DNA of 38,609 nt from contig JWZX01003099.1 of the NCBI GenBank assembly GCA_001275005.1, positions 1 through 38,609 of the forward strand, written 5' to 3'. This DNA comes from Chrysochromulina tobinii (Eukaryota). The notes beneath the pieces were generated by a model that saw only the letters and a program-made list of their open reading frames with translations, had not been told where the DNA came from and searched no databases. This document shows positions 30,201 to 38,609 of the stretch, piece by piece (positions within the stretch are counted from its first letter, which is position 1; each line of letters starts with the position of its first letter). Made by a program: the position numbers and the translations under genes.

Positions 30201-33200
30201 AGCTCATCGGAGCTCATCGGAGCTCATCGGAGCTCATCGGAGCTCATCGGAGCTCATCAGCGATGCTCAGCGGCTCCATGTGGCATTGCATGCCTGAGTC
30301 GAACCGCTGATTGCCTCAATCAGATGCACTCAGATGCACTCAGATGCACTCAGATGCAATCAGATGGAACATGTGGCAGGGCATGCCTGAGTCGAACATG
30401 GTGCGGACCCACTGTCGACCATAGGATGAGGAGCCCGCCTCGGCGTCGTACCTGATGCACGGGGCAATCGGAGGCGATCAGAAGGACCTCCGATGTCGGC
30501 AGGCAGAGGTCATCATGGGCTTTGTACCTGATGAGGGGGGCAATCCGTTGCAAACAGTTGCAATCAGACTGATGAGGGGGGCCATCCGTTGCAATCCGTT
30601 GCGATCCATCACACTCCGAGGCCATCCTCGCTCATCAGAGGTCATCCTCGCTCATCAGAGGTCATCAGTGGTCATCAGAGGTGTCATCAGAGGTCATCAG
30701 TGGCCATCCTCGCTCATCAGAGGTCGCTCATCATCAGTGCTCATCAGAGCTCGGCTTCGGCAGCGTACCCGATGAGGGATGCAATCAGAGGTCATCAGAG
30801 CTCATCAGAGCTCGGCGTCGGCAGCGTACCCGTCGCACACAGACGAGGGCAGTCGGCCATGGTACGGATCCGAAGAGACGAAACTCGATGAGGCGCCGTC
30901 ATGGCCCAATTGACGAACCTCGATGGCCATCTCTCCGTTCTCGAGGACCTCGGCCGAAAACGGGCGCGACTGCGCCGCTGGCTGCGCGAGGTCGGTGAGC
31001 GCCTCGAGTTTCGTCCACGCCGATGTGGTGAGCACGGCCGCGTCCAAGTCGGACAGATGCACGCACGAGTACCGGCGGGTGGCGAGTCGTAACTGCTTGG
31101 TCACCGCCGCTGCGGCAGCGTGCACCTCGGCGGTTTCGCTCCATAGAAGGGTGCCGATGCTTGCCCACCATGCGAGATCCGCCCGAGATCGTGCGGAGAT
31201 CCGCATGAGTTGGTCACGAGATGCAACCTCGTCCCCAATCGTGCGCCCGTCCGAGATGGAGGCTGATGGCGTCTGATTACCAACCTCATCCCCCATCGTG
31301 CGCCCGTCCAAGCTGTGGAACCCATCGAAGGCGGCGTAGAAGTGCGAGATTGCGAGCACCCGATCTCGGCACGCGCCGTACAGGCGCTGGTAGTCGAACG
31401 AGGAGCCCATCTGTGAAGACACGTGCACCTCGCTCACCTGTGAAAACGAGGGACGGGGCGCGCCGTGGTGAGCACGTGCATGCTGGGCGAGGAGGCCATC
31501 TGTGACGACACGTGGAGCGTGCACACATTCGCCCAGCCGAGGACGTTGTCAAAGTAGGTGCGCGAGGGCAGCAGGCGAGGGTCCTTGGCGTGCAGCATCA
31601 CCAAGCGCGTGGGGCGCAGCCCGAGCGCGAGGAATTCGGCCATCTCGAGCGCCCCAGGAGAGAGCGCGAGCAGCGAGCCCATCTCGAACAATCTCGAGTA
31701 GCGCGCGAGCTGCTGCAGGCTGCCGTCGAGGAGCAGGTGGGGCACCACGAGTGCGCGCCCAAGACTACGCGCGATCGCGAGCGCATTTTTGAGGCTGACG
31801 AACCATTCGCCGAGCCCGCTGTGAGGCTGGTAGACAAGGTAACGGCGAGCCGAGCTGCCCGTGACGGCGCCCGTGGCGGCGCCCGTGGCGGCGCCTGTTA
31901 CGGGCGGGCGACGCAAGCCACCGAGCGTCGTCCCGAGCGCCGCGCCGTCACGGGCGCCGCCGCCCGCGCCGTCGCGCGCGCCGTCTCGGGCGCGGCTCGA
32001 GGGCAAAAGGGCGATCTGGGCATCGAGATCATCCAATGCGCAGCCGACGCCGCCGAGGGCGATGGACGCGCTGCCGCGGGCGCTGGCGCTGCTGGTACTG
32101 CTGCTGCTGCTGCTACTGCTGCTGCTACTGCTGCTGCTACTGCTACTGCTGCTACTGCTGCTGCTGCTGGTACTCCTGCTGCTGCTGCTGGTACTGCTGC
32201 TGCTTCCGCGACCGCCGCCCACGACGGCGCCTCGGCTGGCGACGGCGCCGTCGCCGGACACGTCGCGGGCGGTGGAGTACTCAAGTTGCGGTGTGTACTC
32301 AAGTTGCATCCCTGACCAGAGGGCGGCGAGGGCCGCGTATTCCTCGACGATGCGCTCCTTCTCGGCGGGCGTCGGCGCGCTCGTCGCGTACCGTGCGCCC
32401 CACCATCGGATATTCTCCGAAAAGGAGAAGCCCTGCGTGATGAGAGCTGGGAGGGTACGGCGCTGGTGGTGCAGATCGAAGGTTGGCAGCTCTTCGTGCG
32501 CGGGCATTTGACGAAGCACGTTGGCCACCTGTGGGGAGAGGGGCGGGGCGCTATGGTGAGCACTTGCATGCGAGCGGGCATTTCACGAAGCACGTTGGCA
32601 TTTGACGAACCTCGACGAGCTCGAGCTCGGAGAGTAGAGGCGTCGTCTTGAGCTCGTCCAGGTCGGTGCGCAGCGCGTCGGTGATCGCCTGCCTCACCCC
32701 ATCTGTGCCGGTATGGTCCCCTCGTTCCATGTAGGTCGTCGAGAAGGCCTGCGGCAGAACGTCCAGCCGACTCTCAACGGTGAAGAGTAATCAAGGGCAC
32801 TCCAGGGAGATCAAGGGAGATCAAGGGAGATCCAGGGAGATCAAGGGCGATCCAGGGAGATCAAAGGCGATCCAGGGAGATCAAAGGAGATCAAAGGAGA
32901 TCAAGGGCGATCCAGGGAGAGCCCACCTGCTGGTGCCTCATGTTCGGGTAGAGCATCACATAGCCTCGGCCGTACATGTAGTCAACCATGAAGCGCTTCC
33001 ACGAGCGCGGCCACACGTTGGAGCGCGAGCGCGGCAGCAGCACCGCCGGGTCTCCGAGCGGCTCGCGGTTCTTACCCACGCCACGCTGATGGGCCTCCTG
33101 CGTGAAGTTGAAAAAGGGCGGGCGCGCGCGCGCGCGGTAGAAGCGCACGAAGTCGCGCCACATCGAGCCGAGGTACAGAGCGCCCCACGAGCACGGCACC

Positions 33201-33952
33201 TGCAGCAGAAAGGCGTTCGCCGCGGTCGCCTTGTCGGGCAGCCATCGCACCTGCGGGTAGACGATCTCATTGAGGCGCGGCGTGTACAGGCTGACGCCCA
33301 CGAGGCGCTTCGCGCGCATCGCGCGCCCGTCGTCGAAGTCGCCGTACGCGCTCGCCGCCCGCAGCAGCCACCAGTAGAAGAGCGGAGAGACTTCGATGTC
33401 ATCCTCGAGCGGAAGCACGTGCTCGTCGTCTCGTAGGTCGTCCGCGCGCGAGCTGTTGATCCACATGCCACGGATGCCCATCGGGCGGTCGAACTCGACC
33501 ACCTCCTTCGGGCCGTACGGCCAGTCCAGTCCGCGCACGAAGTCGACCACCTCCGGCAGCGCGCCGCTGTCAAGGACCATGCGGAGCGGCACCGTCCGGT
33601 TGCAGTAGCGCGCGCGCTTGAGCGACGTGATGAGGCGCACCAGGGAGGGCATCCGGCGCCACGCGAAGGCGATTATGGTCACGTTGAGCTGCAGCGCACC
33701 CGGCGCGAATTCGGGCGTATCGCACACGTCTGCGTATTGCACCAGCGGCTCGGAAGGGTTATTGTCGTCGTAGACGGTGGTGAAACTGCCATCGGTATCT
33801 CCGATCGTAGCACGTGCCGGACGCGTTGACCAGCTCTGTGAGCTACCTAGTGACGAGGAGAAGCCCAGCAGCAGCAGCAGCAGCAGCATCGTGAGCACGA
33901 GCAGTGCGACGAGGCGATGTAGCCGGCTTAGGCCTGGCGCTCGTGGCCGCAT
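27236..33952 (-). CDS. Multi-domain glycosyltransferase: N-terminal TM + GT-A domain + O-fucosyltransferase-like GT-B domain + CBM-like domain + second TM; 12 exons, about 1545 aa
   Basis: Modelled exons 33952-32927, 32748-32611, 32528-31527, 31437-30830, 30451-30387, 30170-29989, 29889-29636, 29386-29125, 29024-28906, 28832-28691, 28369-27920 and 27625-27236 give one continuous frame (ten GT-AG introns, one GC-AG). GT-A motifs: AWRRMPSLVRLITSL, LEDDIEVSPLFY, LQVPCSWG and SWKRFMVDYMYGRGYVMLYPN. O-FucT-like motifs: YLVYQPHSGLG..LKNALAIARSLGRALVVP, VFILSD and VCTGADVLLLNSYSPLS. The last exon is the least certain. Confidence 0.7.
27703..27822 (-). repeat. Intronic tandem repeat, 5 x 24 bp, derived from the acceptor cassette (sense CTGATGGCTTCCCTCATCAAGCGA)
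   Basis: Five identical copies of tcgcttgatgagggaagccatcag on the + strand. Confidence 0.9.
28504..28652 (-). repeat. Intronic tandem repeat, about 4 x 36-39 bp
   Basis: Core cagcgat[t/a]cgctcaccggggcagtga occurs four times with short near-identical linkers. Confidence 0.85.
29387..29635 (-). repeat. Intron composed mostly of 10-bp TGATTGCGTC/TGATTGCATA-type repeats
   Basis: Many gacgcaatca/tatgcaatca-like units on the + strand between the splice sites. Confidence 0.9.
30171..30829 (-). repeat. Two introns (30386-30171, GC-AG; 30829-30452) with CGATGAGCTC, TGAGTGCATC and TGATGACCTC 10-bp arrays
   Basis: On the + strand, runs of gagctcatcg, gatgcactca and gaggtcatca units flank the 65-bp exon. 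Confidence 0.8.
32085..32204 (-). repeat. Coding trinucleotide microsatellite encoding a poly-Ser linker
   Basis: (CTG/CTA)n on the + strand, which reads AGC/AGT in frame between the GT-A and O-FucT-like domains. Confidence 0.9.
32749..32926 (-). repeat. Intron with a TGATCTCCCT/GGATCTCCCT 10-bp array (same array family as the MYB intron 37352-37121)
   Basis: agggagatca/agggagatcc units on the + strand at about 32800-32920 and 37155-37347. Confidence 0.9.
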
Positions 33953-34119
33953 CGAGAAGTCCTACAGCTACTCGTCTACAGCTTCGAACAAAGCTCGCCT
34001 TTTTATCTCCGACGCTCACCGAGCGCAAGGAGCCTGCGCTGCGCGTGTCAGGTTTGAAACGGGACGGAAGAGGAATCCGCTTATTACTTGACTTGACTTG
34101 TCTTGCATATCGCTCTTCT

Positions 34120-34530
34120 ATGGAGCGCCCGCCCACGAGCAGCTCGACGACCGTGCCGCCGGCCTCCGAGGCGTCGTCGGGGTCACATCACACGCCGCCT
34201 CCGGCAGAGTTCGCAACGGCCCCCATCGAGGAGATGCTCAACAAGCTTGCTGCCTACGTGGCGGGCGAGGCGGAGATGTCAATCGAGGACTACCGCCTGC
34301 TCGAGTCGATGAATCTCGCGGCCGCCGCGCGATACAGGGAGATGGCCGAGTATTCATCAGGTTTGGTCGCGTTTGCGGAGCGCTTACAGTCCAAGACGAA
34401 CGACATCCAGCCGCAGCTCGCGCAGATCGACGTGCTCGAGGCCCAGGTGGGCGAGCTCGAATGCGCTGTGGAGCAGCTTGATGCGTACACGCTGCGGCTC
34501 GAACGAAAATTTGTTGAGCTTGTGAGTTGA
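34120..34530 (+). CDS. BLOC1S2: Biogenesis of lysosome-related organelles complex 1 subunit 2
   Basis: YVAGE..EDYRLLESMN...Y..M...LQSK...IQPQLAQIDVLE.QV..LE..V..LDAYT.RLERKF matches the BLOS2 coiled-coil pattern. Confidence 0.85.
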   Translation: MERPPTSSSTTVPPASEASSGSHHTPPPAEFATAPIEEMLNKLAAYVAGEAEMSIEDYRLLESMNLAAAARYREMAEYSSGLVAFAERLQSKTNDIQPQLAQIDVLEAQVGELECAVEQLDAYTLRLERKFVELVS

Positions 34531-34786
34531 TATGTATAAGAGACTCACGGCTTACAAGCACTGCACCGCGAACATTCCCTCGAGCACGCGCTTGCACTCC
34601 GATGCCAGACGAGTCATAGCACCTCACAAGCGTCAGAACCGATCACGCCACGATTGACGATACACCGCACACGCGCGACAGGAGACCCCGGACCCTGACG
34701 ACACGCCACGTCGCGCTGTGGGCTGTGTGGACGGAACGCAGGACACACGACCGCGACTGAATGGTTGAGCGAGCTCCGGGGCACGC

Positions 34787-35956
34787 TCACGAACGCTTCG
34801 CGACCGCCGCCACTGCACTCCGCACCGACTGTCCATGCAACCGCCGCTCGAGCTCACCCAAGCCCCCACAGCACTGCGTCACCGTCGCCCAGCCCGCACA
34901 GCCAACGGCAATGAGCCCGAACCCGAGAAGAGGCGCCGTGGCGAGCGCGTAGGCGAGTAAGAGCGCGACAACCGCCCAGCCCACCACGGCGCCCGCCAAC
35001 TCCATCACCACGCCGTGCGAGATTGACGAAGCGGCGAGTGGCGGAAGTGGCGCCGTTCCGGGCGCCGCGCTTGCCTTGGCGAGCCGCGCCTCCTTTGCCG
35101 CCCACGCGCGCCGCAGCCAGGCACCGAGCGCTTCGTCTGTGTCGCCGTCGCGGAGCAGCTCAGCTACGGGTGTTCGCTCCACATGGAAGGTCACCGCACG
35201 TGGCCAGTACCCATTCATGAAGATGGCCTTCTCATTGGGCCGAGGGTCGGAGCCCCATTTCGAGCCCATCGCCTCGTGGCTCGTGTAGGTGATGGTGACG
35301 TCGTAGACCGCGTCGAGTTGGGCACCGAGCGCACGTACGGTCGATGCAAAGCCCGCGGTTCTCGGGTTGAGCAAATGCTCCATCACAGGAAGCCCCTTAC
35401 TCGCGGCGAAAGTCTTCGAGCGCGCCACGTTCTCCGGCGAAAGGTCGGTACCCTCTGGGAAGCAGAGCACGACGGGCGGGTCGCCTCCGAGCGCCACGAG
35501 GTGCTGGCACACATGCTCGATCGTCGACAGGTCGCCCTGCCGGTCGTTGCGCGAGAGGAAGATGAAGTGGAACGCCTGGCATGCCCAGCCGAAGAGGGGA
35601 ACCTTCTTGAGCGGACCTTTGAGCATGATCGTGAGCGCCCGAAGCCAGCGCATGCGCGCGCAGAGGCACCACAGGAACAGCCAGTCGACGCGGCAGTGGT
35701 GGTTGCAGATGATGATCGTGGCGCGCTCGCTACTCGGAGGCTGCAGCGTCCCGCTCACGGTCACTTGCACGCGTCCCATCAGCTCGATGAGTGCGACGGC
35801 CAGCGTGAGCCAGCTGCGCTGCACGATGGCCACGATGGTGCGGTAGAGTTTGAGCGTGAAGCGAGTGGGCCATGGGAGCAGCACGGCTGCCGCAACGATC
35901 ATCACGAGCGTGCCGACGAGTGCGGAGAGAGCAAACAAGACAACTACGATCATCAT
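34787..35956 (-). CDS. 1-acyl-sn-glycerol-3-phosphate / lysocardiolipin acyltransferase (LCLAT1/LPAT4-5-like)
   Basis: NHHCRVDW (NHxxxxD), LKKVPLFGW, FIFLSR, FPEGTD, LLNPRTAGF and DAVYDVTITY, with N- and C-terminal TM segments. Confidence 0.9.
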   Translation of the reverse strand: MMIVVVLFALSALVGTLVMIVAAAVLLPWPTRFTLKLYRTIVAIVQRSWLTLAVALIELMGRVQVTVSGTLQPPSSERATIIICNHHCRVDWLFLWCLCARMRWLRALTIMLKGPLKKVPLFGWACQAFHFIFLSRNDRQGDLSTIEHVCQHLVALGGDPPVVLCFPEGTDLSPENVARSKTFAASKGLPVMEHLLNPRTAGFASTVRALGAQLDAVYDVTITYTSHEAMGSKWGSDPRPNEKAIFMNGYWPRAVTFHVERTPVAELLRDGDTDEALGAWLRRAWAAKEARLAKASAAPGTAPLPPLAASSISHGVVMELAGAVVGWAVVALLLAYALATAPLLGFGLIAVGCAGWATVTQCCGGLGELERRLHGQSVRSAVAAVAKRS

Positions 35957-36538
35957 CGCCGCACGAGGCCGTTCTTCTTCTACTTCTTCTTCTTCTTCTT
36001 CTTCTTCTTGACGAGCGAAGGGTAATCAGTTTTGTCGTCGCGCATGAACACAAGCGACGTCATCACACCGCGAAAACGAATCTTCACACCCCAAAAAGAA
36101 CCATGAAGGAACGGCGAACAACGGGCGTTTATGTAAACGGCAACATAAAACCGGACGAATGAGGGCGGCCCAACACCGTCCGAAGGATGCAACATCCAAT
36201 TGGCAAACATCAGGCGAGGATATATTACAGAACTCAGAACTTGAAACTTACTGAGGATATATTACAGCCTAACGGGTAACGCGGAACCGACATCGCAGAG
36301 GTACAATGTAATCATGCATCCGATCAATACCATCAACAACCTAACTGTAACGCGTAATACATACACATGCGCCACGTCAGAGGTCAGTCGTCACAGTGGC
36401 ATATGCCACACGCCCGTAACACATGCCATCTGTGGTACATTATGCCTTTGGCTGTTCCATCCAGCCTGATCGCCCCGGTCCATCGTACGCCCGGTGCAAA
36501 GTGTGCATCCCGGAAGGTCCCAAGCCATGCGCGCGAGT

Positions 36539-38489
36539 TCAATGGTTGTACTGGCTGCCAGTAGAGGCGGCAAAGGCGCCGCCCAATGGCGAATCAAAGC
36601 CCGCGGTCGTGAAGCCGTCGGTCGTCGAGGGCGAGTCGCCATAAGACCACGCGCCCGTCATCCCAGGGACGTAGTTCAACGGTCGGCCGGGCGCGAGGAC
36701 CAGCTGCTGCCGCCGCTGCCGGTCCTCGTAAATGTTCTGTAGCCGATGAAAGCGGTTGCGGATGGCGTGCTCAGTGCGACCAGGTAGCCGATCGGCGAGT
36801 TTACTCCATTTATGGCCTAGCTCCGCGACTAAGCTCAGGATGGCGTCATCTTCGGCCTTGGACCAAGAGACCCGGGGCTCGGCGGCTCGGATGGCGACAC
36901 TCTCCGCTACGTGGCCACGGCGCGCTGATGCCGAGGGCAAGCTCGCACCGAGGGTCGCGCCATGGTGGGCGCCCATTGTCGCGCCGCTGGCGATGCCAGG
37001 CGCCATCGTGGGCGCCATCGCCATGCCGCCCGCCTCGGCCGGTGCCTCGGCAGCGGGCGCCGGCGCGGCGACGCCGTCGTCGGCCACCTCGACGAGCACG
37101 CTCCCACCGACGTCGCCGGCCTGGCGGGGGGAGATAGCGAATCGGGGGAGGGAGGTCAAGGGAGATCAAGGGAGATCAAGGGAGGGAGGTCACGAGGGAG
37201 ATCAAGGGAGATCAAGGGAGGGAGGTCAAGGGCGGTAGAGCGTCGGGCAGCGCCATGGTGGGCGCCATCGTCTGCCCGCCGACCTTCTCTCTGCAGCCTG
37301 CAGATCGTCGGGGGGAGATCAAGGGAGATCAAGGGAGATCAAGGGAGCCGACCTTCTCTCTGCAGCCTGCAGGGGTGTCTCTGGGGGCGGCGTCTCTGGT
37401 AGAGGCGGCCTGTTGAAGACGGAACCAGCGGTTACGCACAGCGTCGTCCGAGCGACCAGGCAGTTCGACGGCAATCTTGCGCCAGCAGCACCCGTGCTCC
37501 TGCACCGCGCGCTGGATGATGCAGTCCTCGAGGTCTGACCACTCTTTGCGCTCGGCGCCGTTTCGAGCGGGTTTGAGGCCCAACGCCAGCTGCCTATTTA
37601 GGAGACTGCCCTGTGGGGTTGCGCCGAACGAGGGGGCGGTCGAGGGCGGAGCGGTGGCGGCTGGCGGCAGCTGTAGCGAGGCATAGGGCGCCGTGGTTGG
37701 CGCGAGCACTTGCCCGGGGAGATAGCTGCAGCTGTGAGCAATCGGCAGGGCGTCGTATGAGGCGTCGTATTTGTTACGGGGATTGTGCGGCCCATACCCG
37801 TCATGACGGGGATTGTGCGGCCCATACCCGTCATGACGGGGATTGTGCGGCCCATACCCGTCATGACGGGGATTGTGCGGCCCATACCCGTCATGAGCGC
37901 CGTGCGGCACGCCCAGCGCGAGATCGAGCGGGAGATCGAGCGGGAGATCGAACGCGAGATCGAGGTTGGCTTCGTCAGGCTCGTCTTCATCGGGGCGCCC
38001 GTTCAACGGCTGCCCGATGGTGAGCCCGGGACGGCGATGGAGCATGGCAGGGGTCGGGTGCGTGAATGCACCCGCGAGGTGCACGGGCGGCGCCCCGAGC
38101 GCCGCTCCGCTCTGCGTGGGCGCCGCGGCCGGCAGAGCCACGCCAGCGTCCTCATCCATGCCATGGCAGACCCATTCAAATGCTGGCATGGCATACAAAG
38201 CCTCGGAGGTCGTGCCAGCATGGGGTCTGTAGGGATTCGTGCCGGCATGGGGTCTGTGGGGATTCTTCGCCGGGGGGGCGGCGGCGGCCGACATCAAGTG
38301 CGCCGGCCGCAGCGGCGGGTACATCGACTGTTGTTGGAAGGCGCGCGGTTGGGCGGCCTTTGCCTTCGCCTTGGCCGCCTCCGCGCGCCTCGTGGCCTCG
38401 TGCGCCTCGACCTCGGCCGCCGCGGCCGCCTCGTCAGCGGCGATGGCCTCCAGCAAAGCGAGCTCGTTAGCCGTTGGCTTGCGCCTCAT
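36539..38489 (-). CDS. MYB/SANT-domain transcription factor with two separated MYB repeats; exons 38489-37353 and 37120-36539 (the frame stays open to the right edge, so the true start may lie outside the window)
   Basis: WSDLEDCII...HGCCWRKIAVELPGRSDDAVRNRWFRL and WSKAEDDAI...GHKWSKLADRLPGRTEHAIRNRFHRL; a phase-0 GT-AG intron at 37352-37121 joins them. Confidence 0.8.
37776..37895 (-). repeat. Coding tandem repeat, 4 x 30 bp (HDGYGPHNPR)
   Basis: Four identical copies of acggggattgtgcggcccatacccgtcatg. Confidence 0.95.
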
Positions 38490-38609
38490 CGCGAAAGCTG
38501 CCGCCGGCTTGGACGGAGCGGCGAGCGTGGCGGGCGCGGTGGACGTGGCGGACGTGGCGGGCGCGGCGGGCGCGGCGGGCGCGGCGGGCGCGGCGGGCGC
38601 GGCGGGCGC

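Noticed and set aside
27236..33000. Many short ORFs with MTSDCLPHQ, LIASDC or RSSEVIRGHQ peptides as real small proteins
   Set aside because: They are translations of intronic 10-mer arrays and acceptor cassettes on either strand.
35971..36009. (TTC)n run and other microsatellites (13334-13362, 19597-19683, 27485-27509, 38560-38609)
   Set aside because: Ordinary simple sequence repeats with no further structure.
36216..36267. 15-bp direct repeat GAGGATATATTACAG resembling a T-DNA border core
   Set aside because: Only a short core matches and there is no bacterial or vector context; most likely a local intergenic duplication.
1..38609. Autonomous transposon or reverse transcriptase that could mobilise the intron cassettes
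   Set aside because: I recognise no transposase, RT, integrase or endonuclease motifs in this window; any such driver would have to be encoded elsewhere.

Overview
GC-rich, gene-dense eukaryotic DNA with spliceosomal introns. Gene content and intron repeat style suggest a haptophyte alga, possibly Chrysochromulina-like (inference). I can model 16 protein-coding genes: a TOG/XMAP215-type protein (runs off the left edge), a UBE2Q-like E2, CFAP251/WDR66, a vanin-like ectodomain + TM + RING protein, two family-16 lysine methyltransferases, a Maf + NAT8-like GNAT fusion, Sin3, a tesmin/TSO1/LIN54 CXC protein, a DnaJ protein, a secreted cupredoxin-like/PSI/EGF protein, a GT17 glycosyltransferase, a 12-exon GT-A + O-fucosyltransferase-like + CBM-like membrane protein, BLOC1S2, an LCLAT1/LPAAT acyltransferase and a two-repeat MYB protein. 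I recognise no rRNA, tRNA, CRISPR array or transposase. The strongest unexplained signal is intron architecture: 15 of 18 hand-modelled introns are built from a small kit of parts. These are (i) copies of the flanking exon sequence, (ii) sense-oriented 10-bp tandem arrays containing TGAT-type cores, and (iii) shared 3' splice cassettes, often stacked with dead or intact internal acceptors. This points to a recurrent duplication-coupled intron-generating or intron-remodelling process. All gene models are manual and lack transcript support.
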